A stretch of DNA of 64,000 bases from an uncultured virus (IMG/VR IMGVR_UViG_3300037047_000119) (Duplodnaviria > Heunggongvirae > Uroviricota > Caudoviricetes): the IMG/VR virus record IMGVR_UViG_3300037047_000119; one strand, given 5' to 3'. Below the pieces are notes generated by a model. That model ran no database searches and was not told the DNA's origin. It worked only from the letters and a program-made list of their open reading frames with translations. Shown in pieces: positions 29,501 through 38,862 of the stretch. Every line of letters starts with the position of its first letter. Position 1 is the first letter of the stretch. The translations under genes were made by a program, and so were the position numbers.

Positions 29501-31757
29501 CCTGAACGCCCCACTCCCCTTCGAGACCACCTACGACGATGTTTTTGAAGTGAGAACCCTTCACCGTCATGTAGGTGACTTGAGGTTCCTTCTCATCAAA
29601 GTTGATATTGATGATGTCAATATCTTCAAGCCGATAGACACGACTGGATGATGTATCCAAATTGTACATCGGAGGCTTGAAAACAAAATCCCCGTCTACG
29701 TCCTGATAGAACTCAAACCCGGTGACCTCACAAACCTTCTGTGCGATGTCCAGCTTGGACTCATACGACGACTCGAAAAGCGCAACTTGTCCCCACTGCG
29801 AGATGTTGTTTACGAAAGCAATCATCTCGGCAAGGTTGATCTCGAATCTAGGTTTTCCCGAATCGTCAACGGAGCTTACCTGTCCATAGAGCATGGCCTG
29901 GATTTTTGCCTGCTCCGGGCCGGACAGCAGTTTCTTCTTGTCCGGAACCAGCCCCAGGATCTTGGCCGCACTGAGGATGCTCTTGTCCTCTTGCCGTGAA
30001 GGGGTCTGATTGAAACGCTCTCGCAGGAGTCGCGTGATCTGAGACCCCCTCAAACGGCTCAGGAATGCCGCCTGGGCGCTGTTGAAAAGCTCCCCCGTAG
30101 CTCCGTGAAGCCGGAGTTTGATTTCCCGCTGGTTGAACCGCTGCTGCCAATACCTCATGTTGAGAGAAAACAAACTCTCCCCCGTCACGGGGGATCTCGC
30201 CGTCTGGTTCGTTTTCTGGGACAGGTGCCATGCGATACCACCAGCGGCTCCTGCGGTGTCATGGTGCAGGGTATAGATGATCTCGTAAGGGTGCATCCCG
30301 GTGAAGTTGTGGCCGACCAGAGAGGTTCGTGCCTTCGAGTTCTGAGGACGTTGTCCGAAAATCGCGGCATTCGTGCTCATCTGATGATACTGCCAGAAGT
30401 GCAGCATCGAGGCACACTGAAGAGTGATGTTCTGGGTACCTGCACTCCAGGAGAAAGAGACAGATGTCACCACTCCGTGGAAAGTGTGGTAGTAGGGGTA
30501 CGCGAGCAGGTTCTCCAGATCCGTGTCGGCCAGTCCGAACTGTTCCAGAAAAGACGGCCCAATCTCCGGAGACGCTTCTTCCCGCTCTACCGTAACATCG
30601 GACGTTTCAGTGGGCTGTGGGGTTGTAACGACCGGCGGGAGATCTAGAATCTCCCTTGCCAATTCCTGTCGTGTGTCCAACGTGGCCAGTGACGTTTTCC
30701 ACTCGGCCAACTGTGGTCTCAGAAACTCTCGTCGGGGATAGATATAACCACCATCAGGTTTCCTTATGTTTGCAAGCCAGAAGTCCAATCCGGTTGGCCC
30801 TGAGGACAGCAATCTCTGAAGCACCGGATCTACCGCAGGGTCGAACCCCATGTCCTGAAGATGGCGGATAACCCCTTTGGTCGACTCCCCCGCGTTGCCT
30901 GTAGCCCAGTTCCGCATGACAAGCTGGTAAGCATACGCCGCCGCAGGAGAGCCCTTCAGAAATGCCTGGGTCTCGACTCCGGAGTACTCCCCTGCATAAT
31001 GCGCAAACGAATCCTTGGGGGTGGCGTACCGAGCCCATCTCATCGTGCCCGAAATTTTCTGCCCCCCCAGAATCTCGTCCCCGGAGCCTTCAAAGGATCC
31101 CGCCGTCCCTACACCTTTGACGCCGAACAGGTTGTGATTGTCCTCCTCTGGATCTCCTCCGGTGCTTTTGTAGGAGTGCGCCAGAGCTACGGCGACGAAG
31201 TTCTCTTGCATTGCAGGATCATCGGGCCACTTCTCCATTGCGGCCGCGGCGGCATAACGCCCAAACTTCGAGACCCACTGTTTCTTGCTGAGTTTGCCCT
31301 TTGTGTTCGGGGTCGTACTCACCCCTTCCAATGCCGGGGGAAGTTCTTCAAATGGTACATCTGAGATCAATCCCGTCTGGGTACTTGGAATCACACTAGC
31401 GGAAACGGTCGGGTTGTCGAAATTGGTGTACAGTCCTTTGACCGGGAAATACCCCCGCATGTACACATGGACTTCCAACCCGGGATGCAGAATAAATTGA
31501 GCATCCCGGGCGAAGGAGTCCAGATGATGCATAGGAACGGATAGAGTTACGTTCGCGGAACCACCGGCAGCGTCCGTACCTGCGTCAACCGAAACTGACG
31601 TTACGAACTGTTGAACGTTGATGCGGCTGTTGCACTTGTTGCAACCAGGGACGGACATGTCCCCATTGATGTATACGAGTGCATCGGGCGTGTGCTGGAC
31701 AACCAGTCTCTGCCCAAGACTCCACGTCCCGATGTAGGGACGGTGCGAAAGTCCCAT
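26559..31757 (-). CDS. Baseplate hub (gp27/gpD-like), 1732 aa, with inserted GH73-like domain and coiled coil
   Basis: FHGVVTSVS, GFEFYQDVDGDFVFKPP and PMRPELRPGYPV...YY.....HSY...G...TTL are hub motifs; position between tube-fold paralogs and spike. Confidence 0.75.
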   Translation of the reverse strand: MGLSHRPYIGTWSLGQRLVVQHTPDALVYINGDMSVPGCNKCNSRINVQQFVTSVSVDAGTDAAGGSANVTLSVPMHHLDSFARDAQFILHPGLEVHVYMRGYFPVKGLYTNFDNPTVSASVIPSTQTGLISDVPFEELPPALEGVSTTPNTKGKLSKKQWVSKFGRYAAAAAMEKWPDDPAMQENFVAVALAHSYKSTGGDPEEDNHNLFGVKGVGTAGSFEGSGDEILGGQKISGTMRWARYATPKDSFAHYAGEYSGVETQAFLKGSPAAAYAYQLVMRNWATGNAGESTKGVIRHLQDMGFDPAVDPVLQRLLSSGPTGLDFWLANIRKPDGGYIYPRREFLRPQLAEWKTSLATLDTRQELAREILDLPPVVTTPQPTETSDVTVEREEASPEIGPSFLEQFGLADTDLENLLAYPYYHTFHGVVTSVSFSWSAGTQNITLQCASMLHFWQYHQMSTNAAIFGQRPQNSKARTSLVGHNFTGMHPYEIIYTLHHDTAGAAGGIAWHLSQKTNQTARSPVTGESLFSLNMRYWQQRFNQREIKLRLHGATGELFNSAQAAFLSRLRGSQITRLLRERFNQTPSRQEDKSILSAAKILGLVPDKKKLLSGPEQAKIQAMLYGQVSSVDDSGKPRFEINLAEMIAFVNNISQWGQVALFESSYESKLDIAQKVCEVTGFEFYQDVDGDFVFKPPMYNLDTSSSRVYRLEDIDIININFDEKEPQVTYMTVKGSHFKNIVVGGLEGEWGVQGQYIDYRLVAQFGWRPGNFETAYFNDPKSMFFAAINRLDIMNAPTNSCSVTIPMRPELRPGYPVYIPYLDCFYYCNSFAHSYQVGGQCTTTLQCIGKRAKFFAPGDPAKAKDGIEAINLSYTAFPPTPLQVFRDGKVALAGFPNVVMTLDPEQINPAFFLVGSDIQMLDTPESIKGLLKMGVDLNVLTTKDKGDPGPLYTMSASDDAVINFWFPRDDGGVQVTDSGAFDVGALGVQYNQLQTEFAKQQGALRDHMTKMDQQIAEKEYEIRELEEAAKSGKDNSAAISRIQDALEGLRESQAKLSAQFESAKSAFDERLADVNQVGGVAYLMNLIRRIGDRFFKAGKFGTSYGDPNATTTLLDLLADKKAMLSNAAVPGTYRYYSASHPLREHQGQRYTHFIKTDHVTSTETESPFIGEDWASYEVDTFVPNREILIQNGVLPQAQVAKKRPVWGIKVLTNRTKEGEFIPTSEIRELMFGVQKISVSKDGQHSKKGSFSIQLGGSFTAGIEKDLTQRAQLAQLTDTPAGVFGLASWTSTLNSNIQDARTAAEEAAGSYRDRIPEIGSVTPPTSISVGGVFWSWDVPLSAYLLADNPDAPEELFPGSEQMNSRAIWEMAAASYASYVSTQVNTLRDAWFQKLQDGESAIPYETQVNVLSTFSKTLASAYGAPDRAVPVTVTRSRSVEPVDHFPPVFPVSDGRGYTVIGSYRYGRDVNIDPEGVFDVLHKQDPLSMLDRKTVEDLVDVFVRDKGLWVEQSLPGVKSSTGVPATTKVFLSGPAARSVMEQRVLDSLGGQISTQQLLDLKLARATGDPNVLQLNLSNWFAEKGKDGTQKIPLVNAGYSLADLAAGVAENVCTCKAAEADVMLEIAGTTQFLQVTPTSTGSLGSDSLSNRIVDPVTQMLIQSSLDSSLDWQMSQDALRGAVADRRTSTLVTQATGLGDTYTQWWKQQDASAAALRSTSDAAFDEASEDVRQTFGED

Positions 31758-31761
31758 TCCG

Positions 31762-33450
31762 TTACCTCAACCCGAAGGGGCCTGAAAACTGTGCGGCCGC
31801 CCTGGTTACAGTTCTTTGTCCCGGGGGAGTTCCAGTGGTGGGATCCTGAAAACCTCTCGTCCCTATCGGACGACCCCCAGATCCGCCGGATGCCTTGCGC
31901 CACCCGGACTCGGCCAACACCGGCTCCAATCCTCCTGGCACGAGGACTCCAAAGTCACTACCCGTGACCACGCGCCCTTGGGTCGTAACCCTCGGGACGG
32001 CGTTGTCATCAAATCCAATGGAATACTCTCCGGGACGATTTCGAGGACGGCTTTCCATTCCGGCATACCGTGGATCACTCAGACTCGGAATGGGAGATCT
32101 CAGGGGGGTTACCGCGAAAACCTGTTCCGCTGTGTCCGCCATAGCTGAAACTGTGAACTCCATGGAGAATTCCACGTTGCCGAGTTGGTTTCCCTCCTCA
32201 TAAGTCCAGTTGAAATTCTCCATGTGTCCATAGTACACCCACTGATCGTAGTGGATGGAAAGCGCGCCCACAAAAAGATGGGCATTCGACTTCCCCACTG
32301 TGTCGTAAATGTATCCGTTGTTCCGATAGAGTTGGAAAGCACCCATCAGATTCTGCCAGGAGCTTGAGTCCCTTTTGCTGGCGTACTGAAGTCCTCGTCC
32401 ACCGGAAAAGAACGCACCGCACCTAGCGGTAATGGAGAGCTTGGGCTGTTCCTCGCCCCAGGCATGGAAGATGTATCCATACCGGGAGCGATCTTGGAAC
32501 TGCTGCACTTTGGTGTAGCTGATCTGAATCGACTGGGGGTTGATGAGCAACACCAAAGGAGGAGCCTGCATCAGAGCTGAGAGCTGCCACGCCGTGTCTA
32601 CAGCCGTCAGCATGTCCGCCATCGCGGGCTCCCCTAGCCGACCTTCTTGCCCTTTGATAAACTCCTCCTTTTCCCGGGTGGGAGGAGTTGAACTGGAGTT
32701 TACGCGGAGGAACTCACTGACGGAGCTAACTTGCCCGTTGACACCCACTGCGATGGATGAGGATGCCACGGAACGTCGAGCGGTCTCATAGGCCCGGTAT
32801 CCGGACATGGCTCGATCGTAGACGTCTACGTTGACGCTGTTCTCATTTCTGGTCAGGAACCCCCCGGCCTCTCCAAAGGCAATCGGGGGTTCCACCTGAA
32901 TCATGAAGGGGGAGAGCCTTCGCAACAGAGCGGTGGAATCCACTTGAGGCAACAGGGAAGCCTCATGCTCAATCGTGACATCCGGCCCCGTTTGGATCCC
33001 CATGAAATCCCTGGGACTCGGGGGCTGCCGGACGGCGGCGTCCACCTGTTGGGTTCGGCGCTCCTCGTAGATGTGGGCTCGATCCTGCGGACTCGTGACG
33101 CTGAATCTGTTGTCAGATTCCAACGCCGTAAGATGCTCCTCGTAGTCCTGCTGAAGTGACGCCTGAGTTGTCTGGGTGGACAGTTCACGCCTCACCACCT
33201 CAGGGGTTTTCGGAACAGCGGCTACAAGGGGTGTGGCTGGCACTGGTGTGGCTGCCCTGGTTGACCGTCTACGGGTCGGACCGACCACTGCGGGTGGCGA
33301 AGCCGTCGCCGTCGATCCCGTGAACAAAGAGGCAAAGGAGGACAGCACCGTAGTAACTGGATGGGCAGCAGCCGCTGTGGGAGCCGTAACGTCCACACCA
33401 AACCCAGTGGGTGGGGTCTTGTCGCCGGTTTTCACTCTCGGGGTTGCCAT
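31762..33450 (-). CDS. Tail-tube-fold baseplate protein (gp48/gp54-like) with long N-terminal extension
   Basis: LLINPQSIQISY...GY...WGE...Y.GH...F...E...F...F pattern; clear paralogy to 33450-34082. Confidence 0.65.
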   Translation of the reverse strand: MATPRVKTGDKTPPTGFGVDVTAPTAAAAHPVTTVLSSFASLFTGSTATASPPAVVGPTRRRSTRAATPVPATPLVAAVPKTPEVVRRELSTQTTQASLQQDYEEHLTALESDNRFSVTSPQDRAHIYEERRTQQVDAAVRQPPSPRDFMGIQTGPDVTIEHEASLLPQVDSTALLRRLSPFMIQVEPPIAFGEAGGFLTRNENSVNVDVYDRAMSGYRAYETARRSVASSSIAVGVNGQVSSVSEFLRVNSSSTPPTREKEEFIKGQEGRLGEPAMADMLTAVDTAWQLSALMQAPPLVLLINPQSIQISYTKVQQFQDRSRYGYIFHAWGEEQPKLSITARCGAFFSGGRGLQYASKRDSSSWQNLMGAFQLYRNNGYIYDTVGKSNAHLFVGALSIHYDQWVYYGHMENFNWTYEEGNQLGNVEFSMEFTVSAMADTAEQVFAVTPLRSPIPSLSDPRYAGMESRPRNRPGEYSIGFDDNAVPRVTTQGRVVTGSDFGVLVPGGLEPVLAESGWRKASGGSGGRPIGTRGFQDPTTGTPPGQRTVTRAAAQFSGPFGLR

Positions 33451-34082
33451 CAGTAACTCCGGAACGAGGCCGCCGGGGATCGGAACCGGAGCACCTCACG
33501 CTCGACTACAAAGTTGGCCGTCAGAGCAAACAGGTAAGGACGTGATGCATCCTCCGTCACCGAGAATGTCGAAAACCATCCCAGATGGATCCCACCATCA
33601 AAGGTGACCTTGACGACCCCCTGGAACACAATCTTCCCTGTGATGTCGTACACGCTTCCGTTGTTGTGGAACAGTGCTAACATGTCCAGGTACTTGTCAT
33701 AGGAGATAGACTCCCGGCGAGTACCTCCGGCGTCGTAAGCCCCTGGTCCTCCGGTCACGTTGGAGAGACCGGAGTACAAGCGCATGAATCCTCCGGTCAC
33801 CATGTTGAAATCGATGGTGCGGGTTCCCTCTCCCCAGTGCTGCTCGACGTAACCTCCTCGGGTCTGAATCCGCTCGATCTGTTTCTGGTGGTTGAGGGCT
33901 ACCGACTGGGGGGGTACGTGCAACACCATCTTCAAACTCTCGGGCAAAATGCTGGTCTCCTCATCCGGCCCGAGAATGTCGAACACGAACGGACGTACCC
34001 CAAGGTTGGGGTCATACTCGTCCTGTGCCGACTGAAAGGCCGACCGGAAAACGGATGCGATCTTGTTCCCCCCGAGAGACAT
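33450..34082 (-). CDS. Tail-tube-fold baseplate protein / tube initiator (gp48/gp54-like)
   Basis: VPPQSV.....IERIQTRGGYVEQHWGE...GWF..FSVTEDA..P...F pattern; directly after the tape measure gene. Confidence 0.7.
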   Translation of the reverse strand: MSLGGNKIASVFRSAFQSAQDEYDPNLGVRPFVFDILGPDEETSILPESLKMVLHVPPQSVALNHQKQIERIQTRGGYVEQHWGEGTRTIDFNMVTGGFMRLYSGLSNVTGGPGAYDAGGTRRESISYDKYLDMLALFHNNGSVYDITGKIVFQGVVKVTFDGGIHLGWFSTFSVTEDASRPYLFALTANFVVEREVLRFRSPAASFRSY

Positions 34083-34090
34083 TGCCTATC

Positions 34091-37000
34091 TCATCCCAGT
34101 AGTCCGGCTTGCTGAGCCTTCGTGATCGTGTTCATCACTCCTGGGCCTTCGCCGTACAGATGGAACACGTTCAAGCTACCGCCCCCGCCGCGTCCGGCTT
34201 GAGACAAAGCCCCCCCGGCCTTGGCGAACACGCCTACATCACCGGGGTCGACCCGCTGCGCGAATTTCACTCCCCCGCGTCCAATTTGCATCACCATGTC
34301 GTTTACTTTTGGTTTTAGCGCAGCCGCGCCTTCGGGGGTCAACACATCCTTATGTCCCGGGATGTTGCGGAGTGCCTCAAGGACATCCGAGGGTATTCCT
34401 GAGGCATCCCCACTCCGCAATGCCTGGGCAGCGGCTGCTGCGGCACCCGGCCCTCCCGTCAAGCCCGCATCTATCAGCATGGTAGCAAGTTTATCCTCTT
34501 GCTGTTTGCGCATCTCATCTATCACCGCGCTTTGCAGACCCTTGATGATATCAGCCATCCGTTTGCCGGATTTTTGTTCCAGTTTCTCAGCCTCTTTCTG
34601 CCTCTCTTTGGCGTCCTCGTCCTGTAGTTTTGCGGCCTCCTCCTCTGACAAAGGCGCCGCCCCAGGGAAAATAGTCGTTTTCCCCAGTTTAACGGGAGCC
34701 ACTCCGGGCTGTCCCAGACCCGAGGCATGTGCTTGAGCTTCTTGGATGTGTTTATCTCGGATGCTCTTTTTGAGAATCTCCGCTTTCCCCCCGATAACTT
34801 CGGCGGGCATATACCTGACACCACCGTTAGCGGCCCAAACTGAGGTAAGTTGTTTTAACGCCGCCTCCGTCTCCTCTTGGATTTTTTTCTCATCTAAAGG
34901 TAACTGATCTTCAGGTACCAGTTTCCCCCGTCGGGTTTCGGCCACCTTTTCTTTGGATGCATCCGCCAATACTTTTGCCACGAACTCCCCGGCACTGAAC
35001 TTGTCATCAATAAAGTCCCAGAAGGATAGTGAAAGGTCTTTCCCTAGGATTTTTTCCACGTCCTCTTGTGTCCTAGCACCTCTGGTCTTCGCCATAGCGG
35101 AGCGGAGGATTTCGGAGGCTTCTTTGAGCTTGTCGATCTCTCCTTGTTTTGCCTCGATTTCTCGTAGCACGGCTTCGCGATCCGTACCCTGAAGAGTATC
35201 GTCTCGAAGTTTCAGACCCAAATCCCGTTTCTCTGCTTCTGCTTTGGAGATCTGAGATCTTGTTTCCTCCATGCTCTGGCTAAAATGCTCTGTCACTTTG
35301 ATGAGCTGCTCTGTCATTTCCTTTTCACCATTTCCCATCAGCCAGTTAAAAATGTTGGAAACAGTGTTGAAAATACTCGACAGATGAGCCCCAACCGTGT
35401 TTTGTAGGATGTCGGACACACTATATGTGTTCTCAGCAATTTCTTGTGCTAAAGCAAGATCGGTGCTCACATCCTTCTGGGTGATCCGGGCTAGTTCTTC
35501 TCCCGCGGAAAGAACTAGAGACTGGAATGTTTTCTCGATGTCAATTCTTTCACCGCCCTGTTCTCGGAACCAGTTACCACTCTCGTCAAGGAAAACCCGC
35601 CATTGTTTTCCCATGCCATTGTTAAAGTCCTCTTGGACTTTAGCCTTTTCCGCTAGGAAAGCCGCTTTGTCCTCCTCCGAAGTTGCCTCTTGTGCTCTCT
35701 TTTCAAGTTCCGCCATCTGAGCGGCAACTTCTTGCAACTTGGCAACCCGACCTTGGTACTCCTGACCCACAGCCTGGAGCTTGTAAAACTCTTCCCCTTG
35801 CTTGCCAGAAACCCCTTCCGCAGCCATCCGTTTCATCAACTCAGCCGGGGTGATCTGATCTAACCGTTTTCCAATGACGGCTTGAGCTTTGCTGAGTTCC
35901 AGCAACAGTGTTCCACCGGGGCCCATACCCCGAGCACCCGCCACGGCTCCTTTGAGACCTCCCATGTAAGAGAACGATGCCTCTCTTGCACCCCGGAAAG
36001 ACCCTGCCAGACCAGGGTTGAGAGACGTCAACCCTGCTGCAAGTTTGTTGGCCATTTCCTGGGGCATCGTCCCCAAGGATTTGGCGATCTCTTCCGGAGT
36101 ACCTCCCGTAACGCCCGCTTTCACGAGAGCCTCGGTAATTTGGGTGGTGTTGTGCTCCCCCTCGTAAGCTCCTACCTTTCGCAAGAAATCCTGGGTGTTG
36201 TATGTAGCAGCTTCCTGCTCAATCCCAAGTGTTCGCTTTACCCCTGTAGTCTTGACTCGTTTAACCAGATCCTGAGTACTCTCACCTCGAAGTCCTTGGG
36301 TCAGATTCTGCAACAAATCCCCACCCATTTTCTCACCCAACACTCGGGCAAGGTCCACGAGCAGGGCCGCTGTTTCCTCAATGCGGACGTTGTACATAGA
36401 CATGCCCGAGGTAGCCTGAAGCAACATGCCCATGAAACGTTTGGTGGAGAATCCGGAATCCCGAGCAGCTAACCCAATCGCGGTGAAACGCTCTTGAACG
36501 CCCTGCAGGGTAAGCCCCAAATTGGTCATGTATTCGCCAAAATTTTTGGCCATCTCCTTGTAGGAGACCCCAAACAATCGGGCATAGGCCACGGCTCCAG
36601 TAGTCGCCTGCTCCAGACGAATCATCTGTTCTGTTGCGGTAGTAAGACCTGCGGTCAACTCAGCAATGTTGACATTCGCCTCCACGTAACCGGCCAGGAT
36701 CTCCATGTGCTCTTTTGACGTGGTCACCCAGCGACGGTTCAGTGCTGTTGCGGAAGCGAAATGTTTGCCGATGGATGTTAGATTCTTAGAAAGGAATCCG
36801 TAACGGTCAACGAGGTCATTTGCTAGAGCACCATTCTCTAGCATTCCCTTGTTCAGTTCCTTCATGTGGGCATCGGCGTCCAAAAAAATCTTGCCAATGG
36901 CCAGGATCCCCCCCGCCAAAGCTCCAATGGCCATCAAAGCGGGTCCCGCTTTTGACAGAAACCCACCCAGGGTGCTCAGGAGACTCCCCTCAGGAGCTTT

Positions 37001-37537
37001 CTTCATCAGCCCCGTACCGGCTTTCTGGAAAGCGCCCCCTAGCTTAGTCGGAAGGTTTTTGAAAATACGGCCTATATCTTTGGAGGCAATATCGTCAAAG
37101 GCCCCGCGGATCTCCTCCCCGAATTTCTCCCCTGCCTGACCAGCACCCTTGATAAAATTTTGTTGTTCCGACACCTTTGAGAGCGCCTGTTTCCGGCGCT
37201 CCATAACTTTCGTTTCCGACTGAAGTCGCGTTTTGAGTTCCGTCTGGAGCCGTTTGGACTCCCGTGCAGCGGAACCCATCTCACGACGGATCTGACTTTT
37301 CTGCTGCTGAGTCAAAAATTTATTGTTGAGCTTCTGGCGGAGGGACTGAACCTCCAACTCTTGTTTCCGGACGGCGTCAAAAGAGGACTTAAAGGAGGAC
37401 ACCAGTCCTTTGGCCATCCTTTTCGTGTAGGTCTCAGTGGCGGTTACCGAAGCCTGAACCAAAGATTTACGGAACTCTTCTAGTCCCTTGAGCTTTGGGT
37501 CTAGACCGATCCCCAAAATGTTCTGTTTCGTCGCCAC
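34091..37537 (-). CDS. Tail tape measure protein, 1148 aa
   Basis: Long Ala/Lys/Glu-rich helical protein with a hydrophobic GPALMAIGALAGGILAIG segment; canonical position after tube and chaperones. Confidence 0.8.
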   Translation of the reverse strand: MATKQNILGIGLDPKLKGLEEFRKSLVQASVTATETYTKRMAKGLVSSFKSSFDAVRKQELEVQSLRQKLNNKFLTQQQKSQIRREMGSAARESKRLQTELKTRLQSETKVMERRKQALSKVSEQQNFIKGAGQAGEKFGEEIRGAFDDIASKDIGRIFKNLPTKLGGAFQKAGTGLMKKAPEGSLLSTLGGFLSKAGPALMAIGALAGGILAIGKIFLDADAHMKELNKGMLENGALANDLVDRYGFLSKNLTSIGKHFASATALNRRWVTTSKEHMEILAGYVEANVNIAELTAGLTTATEQMIRLEQATTGAVAYARLFGVSYKEMAKNFGEYMTNLGLTLQGVQERFTAIGLAARDSGFSTKRFMGMLLQATSGMSMYNVRIEETAALLVDLARVLGEKMGGDLLQNLTQGLRGESTQDLVKRVKTTGVKRTLGIEQEAATYNTQDFLRKVGAYEGEHNTTQITEALVKAGVTGGTPEEIAKSLGTMPQEMANKLAAGLTSLNPGLAGSFRGAREASFSYMGGLKGAVAGARGMGPGGTLLLELSKAQAVIGKRLDQITPAELMKRMAAEGVSGKQGEEFYKLQAVGQEYQGRVAKLQEVAAQMAELEKRAQEATSEEDKAAFLAEKAKVQEDFNNGMGKQWRVFLDESGNWFREQGGERIDIEKTFQSLVLSAGEELARITQKDVSTDLALAQEIAENTYSVSDILQNTVGAHLSSIFNTVSNIFNWLMGNGEKEMTEQLIKVTEHFSQSMEETRSQISKAEAEKRDLGLKLRDDTLQGTDREAVLREIEAKQGEIDKLKEASEILRSAMAKTRGARTQEDVEKILGKDLSLSFWDFIDDKFSAGEFVAKVLADASKEKVAETRRGKLVPEDQLPLDEKKIQEETEAALKQLTSVWAANGGVRYMPAEVIGGKAEILKKSIRDKHIQEAQAHASGLGQPGVAPVKLGKTTIFPGAAPLSEEEAAKLQDEDAKERQKEAEKLEQKSGKRMADIIKGLQSAVIDEMRKQQEDKLATMLIDAGLTGGPGAAAAAAQALRSGDASGIPSDVLEALRNIPGHKDVLTPEGAAALKPKVNDMVMQIGRGGVKFAQRVDPGDVGVFAKAGGALSQAGRGGGGSLNVFHLYGEGPGVMNTITKAQQAGLLG

Positions 37538-37539
37538 TG

Positions 37540-38862
37540 TTATTCTTCTCTCTCAGAGTGAAAAGGAACCCCACGGTTCGAGATGGTCTCGGTTAGATCT
37601 GCACCCTCCGCAACGACCAGTCGTCCCCCCGGTCCCGGACGCAGCCGTCCAGAGTCGGGAGTCCTCTCCAAGTAACGGCGATAGAGGAACTCGCGTTGAT
37701 CCCCACCCAGTTGAACGGTCCTGAGACCCGGCATTCCAGCATCACGATTTTTTAGGATCTCGTGGAGTTGCTCCGGCGTAAATGTCATGAGGGACGAAGT
37801 GATCGGAGCCTCCTGCAACTGTGCATGCCGCAGTGCAAGGACTCTCTCCTCGCGTTGCTTTTTCTCGGTCTCGAGCTGCGCCACCACGCGCTGCTTGTAC
37901 TCCGAGACGATCAGATCGTGCCAGTCCTCTTCTCCGGCAACCCACCGAAACATCTCCTGCTCTAGATCGTCCGCCGACTTCGAGAACTTGCTATAGGAAG
38001 GAGTAGTCGTGATCTCTTCTTTGCTGAGTACACCGACCCGCCGGTAGAAAAATCGGTCCTGGATACCCTGACGCCGTTCTTGCTCCGCCTCCCGTTGCTG
38101 TTTGTCCCGCTGGTCAATTTTTTTGACCCCCTTCGGGGCATGGGGAGAAACGGATAGTTTGAAACCCTCCCAAAGGGTGTCTTCCTGATGTCTGCGATCC
38201 TCAATGCCATTGAAAAAAGCCCACATGCGCTGAACGGAGTTCGTCCCCAAAGTGTCGATCCTCGGGACACCGGAGTGCAATGCCGGGAGATGTCCCCCGA
38301 ACGTCAACCAACGGTAACGGGAAGTGGTCTCGTAACAGTAAGACTCCGTCGCCTCCACTGCTTTGCTTTGGCGGTTAAACAACCCCAGCACCAAAGAAAA
38401 CAGGGTGTCCTTAGCCCGACGAGGCAGAAGCCGCACCCGTTCTGCCATTGCGGGAATCACATTCGGATCCCCGAGACACTGATAACCATTCACCATCCAG
38501 AGAGAGGAAGCAATTGTCCAGACTTTCCAATCCTCATCAAAACCACGACCGACTCGTGCCTGAAGTAGAAAAAGATCGCCTGGCCCTAAAGAACGGAGAC
38601 TAAGATTGACTCCTGCAACCCGCACGTTGTGGGACAGGAATCCGGGTGATATCAGTGACTCCACGTCCTCGTAAAACACGGAACGCTGTTCCGTGTTCGT
38701 AGGGGGCAATCCCAAAGCCATGGACGGTGCTGGGGTGGGGAACTGAGAGGGGAGCCTTCGACCCCTGGAGTCAACCCAGTTGTTCTCTAGACCTTCCGCC
38801 TCCTCGGGGCTTATCCCCCCGTACTGGGCGGAAATCTCTGCCCCCGAGGATGCCATGGTCAT
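37540..38862 (-). CDS. Putative tail assembly chaperone / hypothetical protein
   Basis: Immediately upstream of the tape measure gene; V.LRSL...D motif shared with the preceding gene. Confidence 0.5.
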   Translation of the reverse strand: MTMASSGAEISAQYGGISPEEAEGLENNWVDSRGRRLPSQFPTPAPSMALGLPPTNTEQRSVFYEDVESLISPGFLSHNVRVAGVNLSLRSLGPGDLFLLQARVGRGFDEDWKVWTIASSLWMVNGYQCLGDPNVIPAMAERVRLLPRRAKDTLFSLVLGLFNRQSKAVEATESYCYETTSRYRWLTFGGHLPALHSGVPRIDTLGTNSVQRMWAFFNGIEDRRHQEDTLWEGFKLSVSPHAPKGVKKIDQRDKQQREAEQERRQGIQDRFFYRRVGVLSKEEITTTPSYSKFSKSADDLEQEMFRWVAGEEDWHDLIVSEYKQRVVAQLETEKKQREERVLALRHAQLQEAPITSSLMTFTPEQLHEILKNRDAGMPGLRTVQLGGDQREFLYRRYLERTPDSGRLRPGPGGRLVVAEGADLTETISNRGVPFHSEREE

